Shown: in pieces, positions 9,445 through 18,727 of the stretch | How the letters are laid out: each line of letters opens with the position of its first letter | How positions within the stretch are numbered: position 1 is the first letter of the stretch | NCBI GenBank assembly: GCA_963827235.1 | Contig: CAWHAE010000008.1 | Coordinates: 96,001 to 160,000 of the forward strand | Origin: an uncultured bacterium | GTDB taxonomy: Bacteria; Chloroflexota; UBA5177; JANWHV01 | Reading direction: 5' to 3' | DNA: 64,000 nucleotides | Program-made: the position numbers and the translations under genes | The notes under the pieces: generated by a model | The model's database searches: none | Told to the model about the DNA's origin: nothing | The model's input: the letters and a program-made list of their open reading frames with translations, nothing else

Positions 9445-9460
9445 TGTTGCTCCCCCGACT

Positions 9461-10972
9461 CTACCTCAGTCGTGCCGCGCGCGTACCGGTGCAGCGGGCG
9501 CCGCGCACCAGCGGCAGCGTCACAGATTCTGGCTTCCCGGCGACGAAGTGCCCACTCTGCTCGTAGGCGAAGGCGACCTTGAGCACGGTCTGTTCCGCGA
9601 AGGCCGGCCCAATGACCTGCAGGCCGACCGGCAGCCCATGAAGCATCCCGCAGGGCACCGAGATCCCGGGTAGCCCGGCGATGTTCACCGGTATGGTGCA
9701 CACGTCGCACAGATACATTTGATAAGGATCGTCCAGCTTCTGACCGAGCGGGAAAGCGACGATGGGCGATACCGGCGAGACGAGCGCGTCGCAGGTGTGG
9801 AACACCTCGTCGAATTCAGCTTTGATCACGGTCCGCGCCTTCTGCGCCTGCCTGTAATACTGATCGGCGTAGCCCTCGGAGAGGGCATACGTGCCCAGCA
9901 TGATGCGCCGCTTCACCTCGGCGCCGAATCCCTGTGCGCGAGAGAGGAAGTAATTCTCCATCATCGAGTCGGCCCCGGCAGAATAGCCGTATTTAATGCC
10001 GTCATAGCGCGCAAGATTCGCGCTTGCCTCGGCCGGCGCAATGATATAGTAGGTCGCCAGCGCGTAAGACGTTGAGGGAAGTGAGACGTCGAGCACCTCT
10101 GCGCCCTGGTCGCGGAGCGCGCCGATTGCACTGTATACGAGCTCGCCGACTCCGGGCTGCAGGCCTTCGGCGAAGTACTCGCGCGGCACTCCCAACCGCA
10201 GTCCACTCAGATCTCGCGTCAGCGATGCTGCGTAGTCCGGCACCGGGACAGACGCCGTGGTCGAGTCCAGTGGGTCCGGTCCGGCTATCGCGTGCAGCAT
10301 GGCAGCGGAGTCCGTCACGTCCTTGGTAAACGGGCCGATTTGGTCGAGCGACGAGGCAAAGGCCAGCAGGCCATACCGCGACACCCGGCCGTAGGTCGGC
10401 TTCAGACCCACGACACCGCAGAGTGATGCCGGCTGGCGAATGGATCCACCGGTGTCGGAGCCAAGGGATGCAAGCGCCATGTCGGCGGCCACCGCCGCGG
10501 CTGAGCCGCCGCTCGAGCCTCCAGGCACCGTGTCCAGGTTCCACGGGTTATGCGTGGGGTAGTAGGCACTGTGCTCGGTTGAGCTGCCCATGGCGAACTC
10601 GTCGAGGTTCGTCTTGCCAATGAAGACGGCACCTGCAGCCTCAAGCCGCTCTACCACTGTGGCTGAGTAGGGAGGCACGAAGTGCTCGAGAATTCGCGAA
10701 GCGGCGGTTGTGCGTTCTCCGTTCAGGCACAGGACATCCTTGAGCGCGATGGGCACGCCAAGTAGCGGGCCGTCCTCGCCCCGGGCACGGCGCCTGTCGG
10801 CTGCCTCCGCCATCGACATCGCGCGGTCTTCTAGCAACGTCAGGTACGCGTGCACCGAGCCTTCTACGGCGGCGATGCGTGCAAACACCGCGGCGGTGAG
10901 TTCGACGGCCGTGACCTCGCCTCGGCGAAGCAGGGCCACCGCGTCGTGTATGGTCAGTTCATGCAGCCTCAC
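9461..10972 (-). CDS. gatA: Asp/Glu-tRNA amidotransferase subunit A
   Basis: Amidase signature GGSSGGSAAAVAA and GSDTGGSIRQPA; EVKRRIMLG. Confidence 0.98.
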   Translation of the reverse strand: MRLHELTIHDAVALLRRGEVTAVELTAAVFARIAAVEGSVHAYLTLLEDRAMSMAEAADRRRARGEDGPLLGVPIALKDVLCLNGERTTAASRILEHFVPPYSATVVERLEAAGAVFIGKTNLDEFAMGSSTEHSAYYPTHNPWNLDTVPGGSSGGSAAAVAADMALASLGSDTGGSIRQPASLCGVVGLKPTYGRVSRYGLLAFASSLDQIGPFTKDVTDSAAMLHAIAGPDPLDSTTASVPVPDYAASLTRDLSGLRLGVPREYFAEGLQPGVGELVYSAIGALRDQGAEVLDVSLPSTSYALATYYIIAPAEASANLARYDGIKYGYSAGADSMMENYFLSRAQGFGAEVKRRIMLGTYALSEGYADQYYRQAQKARTVIKAEFDEVFHTCDALVSPVSPIVAFPLGQKLDDPYQMYLCDVCTIPVNIAGLPGISVPCGMLHGLPVGLQVIGPAFAEQTVLKVAFAYEQSGHFVAGKPESVTLPLVRGARCTGTRAARLR

Positions 10973-10986
10973 GGGCCGAATGCTCC

Positions 10987-11271
10987 TTACTCGAGGACCG
11001 CACGCACGCGGAAGCAGTTCTCTTCGCGGTCTGGGGCATTGGCGAGAATAGCTTCCGTGGGCAAAGACGGTCGCTCAACATCGTCGCGCAGCACGTTGCG
11101 CAGGTCGAGAATCTGCGACGTCGGACTGATCTCCTCAGTTCGAAGCTCGGTGAGCTTCGCGATGTGCTCCAGAATGCCGCCGAGCTCGGCCGTCATGCGG
11201 TCCAGCTGATCATCGTCAAGCTGCAGACGTGCCAGGGCGGCTACACTCTTTACATCATCTCGTGTGATCAC
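10987..11271 (-). CDS. gatC: Asp/Glu-tRNA amidotransferase subunit C
   Basis: ITRDDVKSVAALARL...NVLRDD...LANAP; GTG with GGGAG RBS; directly upstream of gatA. Confidence 0.95.
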   Translation of the reverse strand: MITRDDVKSVAALARLQLDDDQLDRMTAELGGILEHIAKLTELRTEEISPTSQILDLRNVLRDDVERPSLPTEAILANAPDREENCFRVRAVLE

Positions 11272-11365
11272 TGCGGGCTCCCATCGCAAGTGCTGCCGCG
11301 GGCAAAACCAGAGCATGGCAAGGCAACCTGTATCAGTATCGATCGGAGTCTGTATTATAGCACTG

Positions 11366-12655
11366 ATGCCGCATGCTCGATTACTCTACGCAAGCCCAGA
11401 CGGTACTCTGCTCGAACACCCGTCACTTCGACCGGCCGGCCTTACCTTTGGCGGGCCGGCGGCCGCGCACCACTGGCGCCCGTTGCCGCAAGGTGCCACG
11501 CTGTGCCAGCTTCCCGGCTGCACCGCCCAAGGTCTCGATTCGCGGGGCCGGCTGCGCACTCTGCGCGACGGTCGAGATCTGGCGGTCGGCGCGCAGCTTC
11601 CTACCGGCTACGCCAGGCTGGTCCTTCCCGCGTACCAGAAGTCGGCGGGTGCGGGATACCTGCCTCTGTTCGGCATCACTGCGGTAGCCTCCGTCGGCGG
11701 AGAGATCTGCGCGTCCTGCACCCCAATCGACGCGCCGGGCACCTGGGATCCCTGTGACTACTCGACAGCAGACCTCGCGGGCCTCGTCGAAGCCAGGCTC
11801 TCGCGGGAGGCTGAGAACCCGTTGCTCGAGCAGCTCTCACTCTGCGCGCTGGAATACGGCTGCTATACGGCGCAGAACGTGTTCTACGAGCGTTGGGAGG
11901 GCGCGCTGCCGTCGTCGCAGACGTGCTCTGCTCAGTGCGTGGGCTGCATTTCCGAGCAGAACGGTCCCGTGCCGTCGCCGCAGACGCGCTTGCGCGTCAG
12001 CCCCGCGCCCGAGCAGATGGCGGCGCTCGCGCTGGCTCATCTCGAAGGCGGACCGGGCCGCATGATCAGCTTCGGTCAGGGATGCGAGGGTGAACCCCTT
12101 AATCGCTGGCGCGCTGTGGCCAGAGCCATTGCTCTCGTACGAGAGAAGCTCCCGGCGGGATCGGCTAACGGCGGCTGCATCAACATGAACACCAACGGCT
12201 GGCATACTCGCGGGCTCGAGGCTGTGGTGGCGGCGGGGCTGCAACGCGTCCGTATAAGTCTGATCTCGGCCATCGATGACCACTACGCGGCCTACTACAA
12301 GCCGCGTGGCTACTCGCTGGAAGACGTTCGCCGATCGATCAGGCTTTGCGCCGATAAGGGTGTCTGGGTCGCGCTCAATCTGCTCACGTTCCCGGGCTAT
12401 ACAGATTGCAGCGGCGAGATTGACGCTCTCGGCAAACTTATCCGCGCACAGGGCGTGCACGAGGTGCAAGTGCGCACGCTCAACATCGATCGCGAGATGC
12501 TGATTGACTGCATGCCTGCTCCGAGCGGCGCCGAACAGGGAATCGAGGCACTGCTGCAGGCGTTGCGCTCGACGGGAGTGAGAGTAGCCACGCACGCATG
12601 GATCGACGATCTCCATCGGGTTGGTGGTGCGAGCGGCCCTCCAGATGCCCGTTAG
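11366..12655 (+). CDS. Radical SAM protein of unknown function
   Basis: CxxxCxxC (CSAQCVGC), SFGQGCEGEP, NTNG; additional Cys residues (CALEYGC). Confidence 0.9.
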   Translation: MPHARLLYASPDGTLLEHPSLRPAGLTFGGPAAAHHWRPLPQGATLCQLPGCTAQGLDSRGRLRTLRDGRDLAVGAQLPTGYARLVLPAYQKSAGAGYLPLFGITAVASVGGEICASCTPIDAPGTWDPCDYSTADLAGLVEARLSREAENPLLEQLSLCALEYGCYTAQNVFYERWEGALPSSQTCSAQCVGCISEQNGPVPSPQTRLRVSPAPEQMAALALAHLEGGPGRMISFGQGCEGEPLNRWRAVARAIALVREKLPAGSANGGCINMNTNGWHTRGLEAVVAAGLQRVRISLISAIDDHYAAYYKPRGYSLEDVRRSIRLCADKGVWVALNLLTFPGYTDCSGEIDALGKLIRAQGVHEVQVRTLNIDREMLIDCMPAPSGAEQGIEALLQALRSTGVRVATHAWIDDLHRVGGASGPPDAR

Positions 12656-12749
12656 TACTAGGTTGCGCCGGTATTAATGCGTGCTACAATGCAGCCACGG
12701 TGATTGTCTCAGCTCGAAGAAGCACCTGGCTAACGTGGAGGGCGCATTC

Positions 12750-14867
12750 TTGACCAGCACTGTTATCGTCGTGGCGATGGCCGTGGTGTTCGCGCTGATA
12801 GTCGTTATTCTCTTGGGGCTGATGCGGCAGTCAGGGTCGGCCGCGGGCACTCCCTCGGCGGCACGTCTGCACGACTATTCAGGCATCGATTTGCAGGACC
12901 GGCTGTCGAGGATCACGCTGCCTTCGGCGCAGTCAGCACTTGGCGCCGGCGCTTCGCCTCCGGCTACGGACGGTGCGCCGGCCGGTTCCCGCTTGGGAAC
13001 GGCGGCGCAGCCTGCCGGGTGGCCGCCTTCCGCGCAAGGCCCGGCGCGAGTAGATGGATTGCCGGCCATACCGACCGCGCCGCGCGAAGAGAAGTCGCAG
13101 TTCGCGGTGGGAGATATCGCTTCTGCTCGACCGGGGCAGATTGCCTCGCAGGGCGCTACTACGACAGGTGGGCTGCCGGCGAAACCCGTCGAGCGACTGG
13201 ACTCCCCGAAGCCCTCGGGCGCCTTTGGCTTTGGCGCCCTCGGCGGCCGGATGGATTCCGACCCAACGAGCACCGGCGGTCGGAGCGGTCTACCTTCTCT
13301 GCCACCCTCGGCGAGGCTGGCTTTGCCTGGCCTCGCCGAGGCGGAGGCTCATGCGACCGGTGTGCCCCCAGGATCTGCGTTTGGCCAGGACTCGCAGTAC
13401 GCGCAGTCGCCAGGCCGTGATGCGGGCTCTCTGCCTCCCGCACACGCGGCGCTACCCTCGCCGCAAAATGAAAAACCCGGTCTACCGGGAACGGTTGCCC
13501 GGGACTCCGCACTCGACCGCGCCCAGCCCGAGGCACCTGCCAGGCCGGCAGTGAGACTTGGCCTCCCCGGAACCGTCGCAGGAGGCTTCACAATGCCGAC
13601 GGTGCCATCCCAGCCTGCTGCGGACCAGGGTATGCCGGCAGCCCGCTCGGCCGCGCCCGTGCAGTCTTCTGTCGAAGCGTCGGGAGCGCAGGCACTGGAC
13701 ATCCGCGCTATTCTTCGCGGTGAGTCGGTTCCGCGCGGCCTGCCCGGAACCGTGGCGGACTACTCTGTCACAGGCTCCAATCCGCGACCCAAGCCCCAAT
13801 TCACGACCGGACCATTGCCGCCTGCTCCTCAGCAGAGTGGACCGCTCGGCGCCGTGCCGTTCGATGCCGGCATGCTCAAGGTCGTCGATCCTCGCGTCTA
13901 CCGTGGAGAAGCGGCGGCGCCAAGCGGCAGCGTGCCGCCGGTGACGGACGGACGTGGCTCCGTTCCGCCGATGTATCCCGGCACTATCGGGCGCGTACCG
14001 GCTGACCGCATGGCGTCCGACCTGGATGCGACCCGGCTGGTGGAGGACTTCGATCTGCCTGACACGGGCTTCGAAACGCACGTGTTTTCGACGACCGAGT
14101 TGATTGATGGAGACTTTCAGCTCAATCTCGCCACCGATGGCATGGCATCCAGCTTGCCGCTAGACTTGGTCGGTGGAGATACGACCGAGCGGCTGCCCGA
14201 GCCGCCATTCGACGATCGGCAAGGGCCGACGGCTTCGCATGGCGTGCGAGCGTTTGATGCGCCGACGTGGCCGCAGGATGCCGCCCAAGCCCCGACCTCC
14301 TCACCAGCCGCGGCCGGCGGGCAACCGGTTCCCGATCTGGCGCTGACCGAGGCTGAAGCGATGGCGAGCGCGCTCGAATCCATGCCGGGCGATACGGAGA
14401 CCATTGTGCTGGGCAGCGAGACGGAGATTGCACCCGGCGCCCTGGACGACGGGCCGGCGTCATCGCCTTGGCCGGCGATGCATATCTCACCCCTGCAGGA
14501 GACGCGCGCTCACGACCTCATGCGCGACCTGGCGGGTTCTTCGGATGTCGTCTTTGTGCGCCTTGTGGCTCCACAGGGTACCGCACTCGCCGCACAGGGA
14601 GCTGAGAACGGAGACCTTACGCTTGACGCTTGTATCGCCGGGGCGATGCAGGCGGCGCGCGATGAGGCTGGCCAGCAGGAGTTCGGCGAGCCGATTTACC
14701 TGGCGGTCGAGTCCGACAAGGCGGCTCTTCTCGTGGCGCCGGTGCATGAAGGGGCGGTGCTAGCAATCTACGTGAGCAACCCTGCCCGGTTAGGTCTGCT
14801 GCGCAGGCAGGTGCGAAAGCCCGTGCTTGGCCTTCGTTCGCTCCTAATGGAGTCACGTGTTTCGTGA
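12750..14867 (+). CDS. Membrane-anchored protein with a long Pro-rich linker and a C-terminal Roadblock/LC7 (MglB-like) domain
   Basis: N-terminal TM VIVVAMAVVFALIVVILLGLM; C-terminal ~115 aa match the Roadblock pattern (VRLVAPQG...FGEPIYLAVESDKAALLV...LAIYV...ARLGLLR); GGAGGG RBS before TTG. Confidence 0.8.
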   Translation: MTSTVIVVAMAVVFALIVVILLGLMRQSGSAAGTPSAARLHDYSGIDLQDRLSRITLPSAQSALGAGASPPATDGAPAGSRLGTAAQPAGWPPSAQGPARVDGLPAIPTAPREEKSQFAVGDIASARPGQIASQGATTTGGLPAKPVERLDSPKPSGAFGFGALGGRMDSDPTSTGGRSGLPSLPPSARLALPGLAEAEAHATGVPPGSAFGQDSQYAQSPGRDAGSLPPAHAALPSPQNEKPGLPGTVARDSALDRAQPEAPARPAVRLGLPGTVAGGFTMPTVPSQPAADQGMPAARSAAPVQSSVEASGAQALDIRAILRGESVPRGLPGTVADYSVTGSNPRPKPQFTTGPLPPAPQQSGPLGAVPFDAGMLKVVDPRVYRGEAAAPSGSVPPVTDGRGSVPPMYPGTIGRVPADRMASDLDATRLVEDFDLPDTGFETHVFSTTELIDGDFQLNLATDGMASSLPLDLVGGDTTERLPEPPFDDRQGPTASHGVRAFDAPTWPQDAAQAPTSSPAAAGGQPVPDLALTEAEAMASALESMPGDTETIVLGSETEIAPGALDDGPASSPWPAMHISPLQETRAHDLMRDLAGSSDVVFVRLVAPQGTALAAQGAENGDLTLDACIAGAMQAARDEAGQQEFGEPIYLAVESDKAALLVAPVHEGAVLAIYVSNPARLGLLRRQVRKPVLGLRSLLMESRVS

Positions 14868-16197
14868 TCAGGTAAAGATCTTCGTGCGCTCCGGATCCGG
14901 CGGCGCAGGATCGCTGCATTTTCGGCGTGAGAAGTTCGTCCCCAAGGGGGGTCCTGATGGGGGCGACGGTGGCCGTGGCGGCAGCGTGTATACGGTCGCC
15001 GACCCGTCGATAAACACGCTGCACTACTACGTGTTCAACCGGCATCATCGTGCGCCTACTGGCGGTAACGGATCCATGCGCAGGCGACATGGGAGCGCTG
15101 GCGAGGATCTGCTGCTTCCGGTGCCTGTCGGCACTGTGGTGCGGGAGGCGGACACCGAAGCCGTTCTCGGCGACTTGACAGAGCCCGGCCAGCGCCTTCT
15201 CGTGGCCCGCGGCGGGCGCGGCGGTCTGGGCAACATCCATTTTGCAACTTCCACGTACCAGGCACCGCGAATCGCCGAGAAGGGGGAGCCGGGCGAAGAG
15301 CGTACGCTCGTGCTGGAGCTCAAGCTGATCGCAGACGTGGGACTGGCCGGCCTGCCAAACGCGGGAAAGTCCACGCTTCTGTCGTGCATGACTGCCGCTC
15401 GTCCCAAGATTGCGGACTACCCGTTCACCACGCTTACGCCCAATCTGGGCGTGGCGGTGGTCGACGACTATAGCTTCGTCATCGCGGATATACCAGGACT
15501 CATCGAAGGGGCTCACGAGGGGCTCGGTCTTGGCCACGAGTTTCTCCGGCATATCGAGCGAACGAGCGTGCTCATTCACGTGGTGGACGGTTCCGACGGT
15601 GACACGGTGCGGGTGCTCGAGCACGTCGACGTGATCAATGGCGAGCTTGCCCTCTATCGCGCCGCTCTGGGAGAGCGGCCGCAGGTTATAGCAGTGAACA
15701 AGATGGACCTTCCGGTGACCCAGGCGCAGTGGCCGGAGCTGCAGGTGGCTCTGGAGCGGCGTGGATTCGAGTGCCTGGCAATCAGCGCGGCGACCGGTAG
15801 GGGCATCGAAGCCCTGGGTCGTCGAGTCAGGCAACTTCTGGAGGCGGAGCGCGCACGTGACGCGGATCTCCTCCCTCAAGTCGAGCACATTATCGTCCCT
15901 CCGCAGCTGGACGAGTTGCGGATCGAGCATCTGGACCCTGGTGTCTTTCGCGTACACGGCCGCCGCGCGGAGCGCGTCGTCGCGATGACCGACCTCGCCT
16001 CTGAGGAGAGCCTAAACCGGCTGCAGGCGCTGCTCCGGCGATTCGGAGTCACTCGCGCCCTGGAACACGCCGGCGTCGCGGATGGCGACACGGTGATGAT
16101 TGGCGACGCAGAGCTCGTTTGGGGCAACGTCCAGGACGAGCCCACATCTCGCCGTCTCACGCGACGTGAGCGAATGAATCGAAAGCGTGACGAGTAG
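14857..16197 (+). CDS. obgE: GTPase Obg (CgtA)
   Basis: FRREKFVPKGGPDGGDGG, GLPNAGKST, YPFTT, DIPG, NKMD, C-terminal OCT domain. Confidence 0.98.
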   Translation: MFRDQVKIFVRSGSGGAGSLHFRREKFVPKGGPDGGDGGRGGSVYTVADPSINTLHYYVFNRHHRAPTGGNGSMRRRHGSAGEDLLLPVPVGTVVREADTEAVLGDLTEPGQRLLVARGGRGGLGNIHFATSTYQAPRIAEKGEPGEERTLVLELKLIADVGLAGLPNAGKSTLLSCMTAARPKIADYPFTTLTPNLGVAVVDDYSFVIADIPGLIEGAHEGLGLGHEFLRHIERTSVLIHVVDGSDGDTVRVLEHVDVINGELALYRAALGERPQVIAVNKMDLPVTQAQWPELQVALERRGFECLAISAATGRGIEALGRRVRQLLEAERARDADLLPQVEHIIVPPQLDELRIEHLDPGVFRVHGRRAERVVAMTDLASEESLNRLQALLRRFGVTRALEHAGVADGDTVMIGDAELVWGNVQDEPTSRRLTRRERMNRKRDE

Positions 16198-16206
16198 AAG
16201 CCGAGC

Positions 16207-17043
16207 TTAACGCTCCTTGGCCTGCTTCGCCGCGGCGATAGCGGCGAGCTGGCGCTTTCCGCGCTCGTCTAGCTCCTCTCGCCAGTCGTCCTTGTGGGCG
16301 CGCATGGCTTCAGCCACGATCTGCGCCACGGCATAGTTCCGATACCACTTCTTGTCGGAAGGAATGACGTACCAGGGCGCCGACTTTGTCGAGCACTTGC
16401 TTAGGGCGATCTGATAGGCTTCGACGTAGTCCTCGTACAGCTCATGTTCAGGCCAGTCGGACGTCGAGAGCTTCCACGCCTTGCTATGGTCGGCTTCTCG
16501 CGCTTTGAGCCTGTCGCGCTGCTCGTTCCTGGATATGAATAGGAAGAACTTGAGCACGATAGTGCCCGATTCGACCAGAAGCTGCTCGAACGAGTTGATC
16601 TGATCGTAGCGCGCGTGGAGTATGTTCTCAGGCACCATCTTGTGCACGCGCGTGACGAGCACGTCTTCGTAGTGCGAGCGGTTGAAGATAGCAACAGAGC
16701 CGAGCGGCGGTGTGGCACGGTGCACTCGCCAGAGAAAGTCATGCGCTCGCTCCTCCGGGGTCGGCACTTTGAACGATTCCACGCTACAGCTTGCCGGGTT
16801 GAAGGCGGCCATGACGTGGCGAATCGTTCCGTCCTTTCCCGCGGTGTCCAATCCTTGAAGTACCAGGAGGATGCCGTTCTGGCCGGCGGCGTAGTGTATC
16901 TCCTGCAGTGCTGTAAGCTCTTCTTGCATCTTGGCCGTCTGGGCTTCGGCATCCTCGCGCGCCACACCGTGCGTATCAGCCGGATCGATCTGGCGAAGGT
17001 CCACGTGATCCTCCGGCTTCACCTTGTAGGCAAACTCTTTCAC
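16207..17043 (-). CDS. ppk2: Polyphosphate kinase 2 (class III-like)
   Basis: QGLDTAGKDG, FKVPT, HDFLWR, FNRSHYEDV; GTG with GGAGG RBS. Confidence 0.95.
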   Translation of the reverse strand: MKEFAYKVKPEDHVDLRQIDPADTHGVAREDAEAQTAKMQEELTALQEIHYAAGQNGILLVLQGLDTAGKDGTIRHVMAAFNPASCSVESFKVPTPEERAHDFLWRVHRATPPLGSVAIFNRSHYEDVLVTRVHKMVPENILHARYDQINSFEQLLVESGTIVLKFFLFISRNEQRDRLKAREADHSKAWKLSTSDWPEHELYEDYVEAYQIALSKCSTKSAPWYVIPSDKKWYRNYAVAQIVAEAMRAHKDDWREELDERGKRQLAAIAAAKQAKER

Positions 17044-17125
17044 TGCAATCCTCCCGTGGCTTGCACCTGACGAGCAAGCGCAATTATTCCCTGCAACCGT
17101 GTGCGCACTCCTGCCGAGGGCAAGG

Positions 17126-18100
17126 TCAGAGTGTGGCGACGAGCCCGGCTCCCGTTTCACGCGCGCGCTCGTATACCGCGGCGGCGCACACGAGGTCCTG
17201 CGCGGCGATGCCCACCGTCTTGAAGACCGTGATCTGCGTCTTGTCGCGCCTGCCCGGTATCAGTCCGTCCACCAGAGCGCCGATCTCGCCGACGGCATGG
17301 TCCCGCAAAATCAGACCCCGTGCCATGGCTCCGGCAAGCTCGCCACACTCGCTCCACGCCGCCTCGTCGCCGTCCACATACACTGCAGCACGAGCAATTG
17401 TGGCATCGGGAACCTCCTGCATCGCGGTGGTGTAGGCTCCGATCGCCGTGATGTGACATCCTGCCTTGACGTCGGCGTCGGAAAACACCGGCGTCATGGA
17501 ATTCGTGGCCGTGATGATGATCTCGGCGTGTTCTAGAGCCTCGGCGCTCGACCGTGCGCGATGCATCTCAGCTGTCACGCGTCCCTCCATGCGAGCGACG
17601 AAGTCTGCTGTCTCTCGATCGGACGCACTGGCGATCCATACGTCGCTCACGGGTCGCACTGCCAGCACGGCGACAAGCTGGGTCTCGGCCTGTGCACCGG
17701 CGCCAATCAGCGCCACGGTCGAAGCGCCGGGCGCTGCCAGGAGCGAGGCCGCCAGCCCGCCGGCCGCGCCGGTTCGAATGGCAGTCAGCCGGGTGGCTCC
17801 CAGCAGCGCCACCGGCTCGCACGTCAAGCCGTCGAATAGCAGATAGGTGGCGCGTACCGTAGGCAGCCCTCGCGCGGCGTTCTCAGGCTGTACGCCAACC
17901 AGCTTCACACCGGCATACTGGCGCCCGTCGAACGCCGGCATACTCAGCAGCACGGCGTTCCGCGGCTTGAGAGCAAGGGGAAGGCGTTGCGGGCAAGTGA
18001 TGTCACCGCGTGAGAAGGAAGCGAAGGCTACCCGAACATACTCGATCGCGTCGGCGACAGACAACAGTCGATCGACCTGTTCCTCCGCGATGATGAGCAT
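17126..18100 (-). CDS. Ornithine cyclodeaminase / mu-crystallin family protein
   Basis: LTAIRTGAAG, IGAGAQA, FKTVGIAAQD; start overlaps the upstream stop. Confidence 0.92.
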   Translation of the reverse strand: MLIIAEEQVDRLLSVADAIEYVRVAFASFSRGDITCPQRLPLALKPRNAVLLSMPAFDGRQYAGVKLVGVQPENAARGLPTVRATYLLFDGLTCEPVALLGATRLTAIRTGAAGGLAASLLAAPGASTVALIGAGAQAETQLVAVLAVRPVSDVWIASASDRETADFVARMEGRVTAEMHRARSSAEALEHAEIIITATNSMTPVFSDADVKAGCHITAIGAYTTAMQEVPDATIARAAVYVDGDEAAWSECGELAGAMARGLILRDHAVGEIGALVDGLIPGRRDKTQITVFKTVGIAAQDLVCAAAVYERARETGAGLVATL

Positions 18101-18567
18101 CAGATATCCAGTTGGTTCACAAAGTCTCTGAAGACCGCGAGCTTCTCGTCGTCGTCGGTCTTGGTTGCCACCTTCAGACCCGCCTGCTCGAACACGTCCT
18201 CCTCGACAAAGATGGCAGCATCGCAGCGCACGGCCAGCGCAATCGAGTCGCTGGGCCGAGCGTCGATCTCCAGCCGCTGACCATCGTGTTCCAAGGTGAT
18301 CGTGGCAAAGAACACGTCGTTCTCTAGGCTGTGAATGAGCACGCTCTCGACACGCGTGCTGAGTTGCTCGAGGATGTTGGTCAGCAGGTCGTGCGTGAAG
18401 GGCCGCGCCGGCTTGTGCCCCTGCAATTCGGCGGCTATGGCAAAGGATTCCCACTCGCCGATGTGGATGAGGAGGTAGCGGTCAATCTTGGAGTCTTTCA
18501 GCAGCACGACTCGCGAGTTGTTAGCCAGATTAATGCGCACGCTCTCGACAAACACCTTAACCGCCAT
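18100..18567 (-). CDS. Bifunctional nuclease family protein (DUF151/BFN)
   Basis: IHIGEWE, RPFTHDL, DARPSDSIALA. Confidence 0.93.
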   Translation of the reverse strand: MAVKVFVESVRINLANNSRVVLLKDSKIDRYLLIHIGEWESFAIAAELQGHKPARPFTHDLLTNILEQLSTRVESVLIHSLENDVFFATITLEHDGQRLEIDARPSDSIALAVRCDAAIFVEEDVFEQAGLKVATKTDDDEKLAVFRDFVNQLDI

Positions 18568-18727
18568 GATACAACCTCATTTCCAGCGGAACGGCACTCG
18601 CTGAGGCTTGTGGTTGCATTGTACACCCGAGGCTACCATCGGGGAAGCATTCCGGAGAGCTGCTGAGCTCGCTCTCGACAGCCTTTGCCACTTGCTCGAC
18701 AGCGCAGTACGCTGATGGCTGGGCCGA

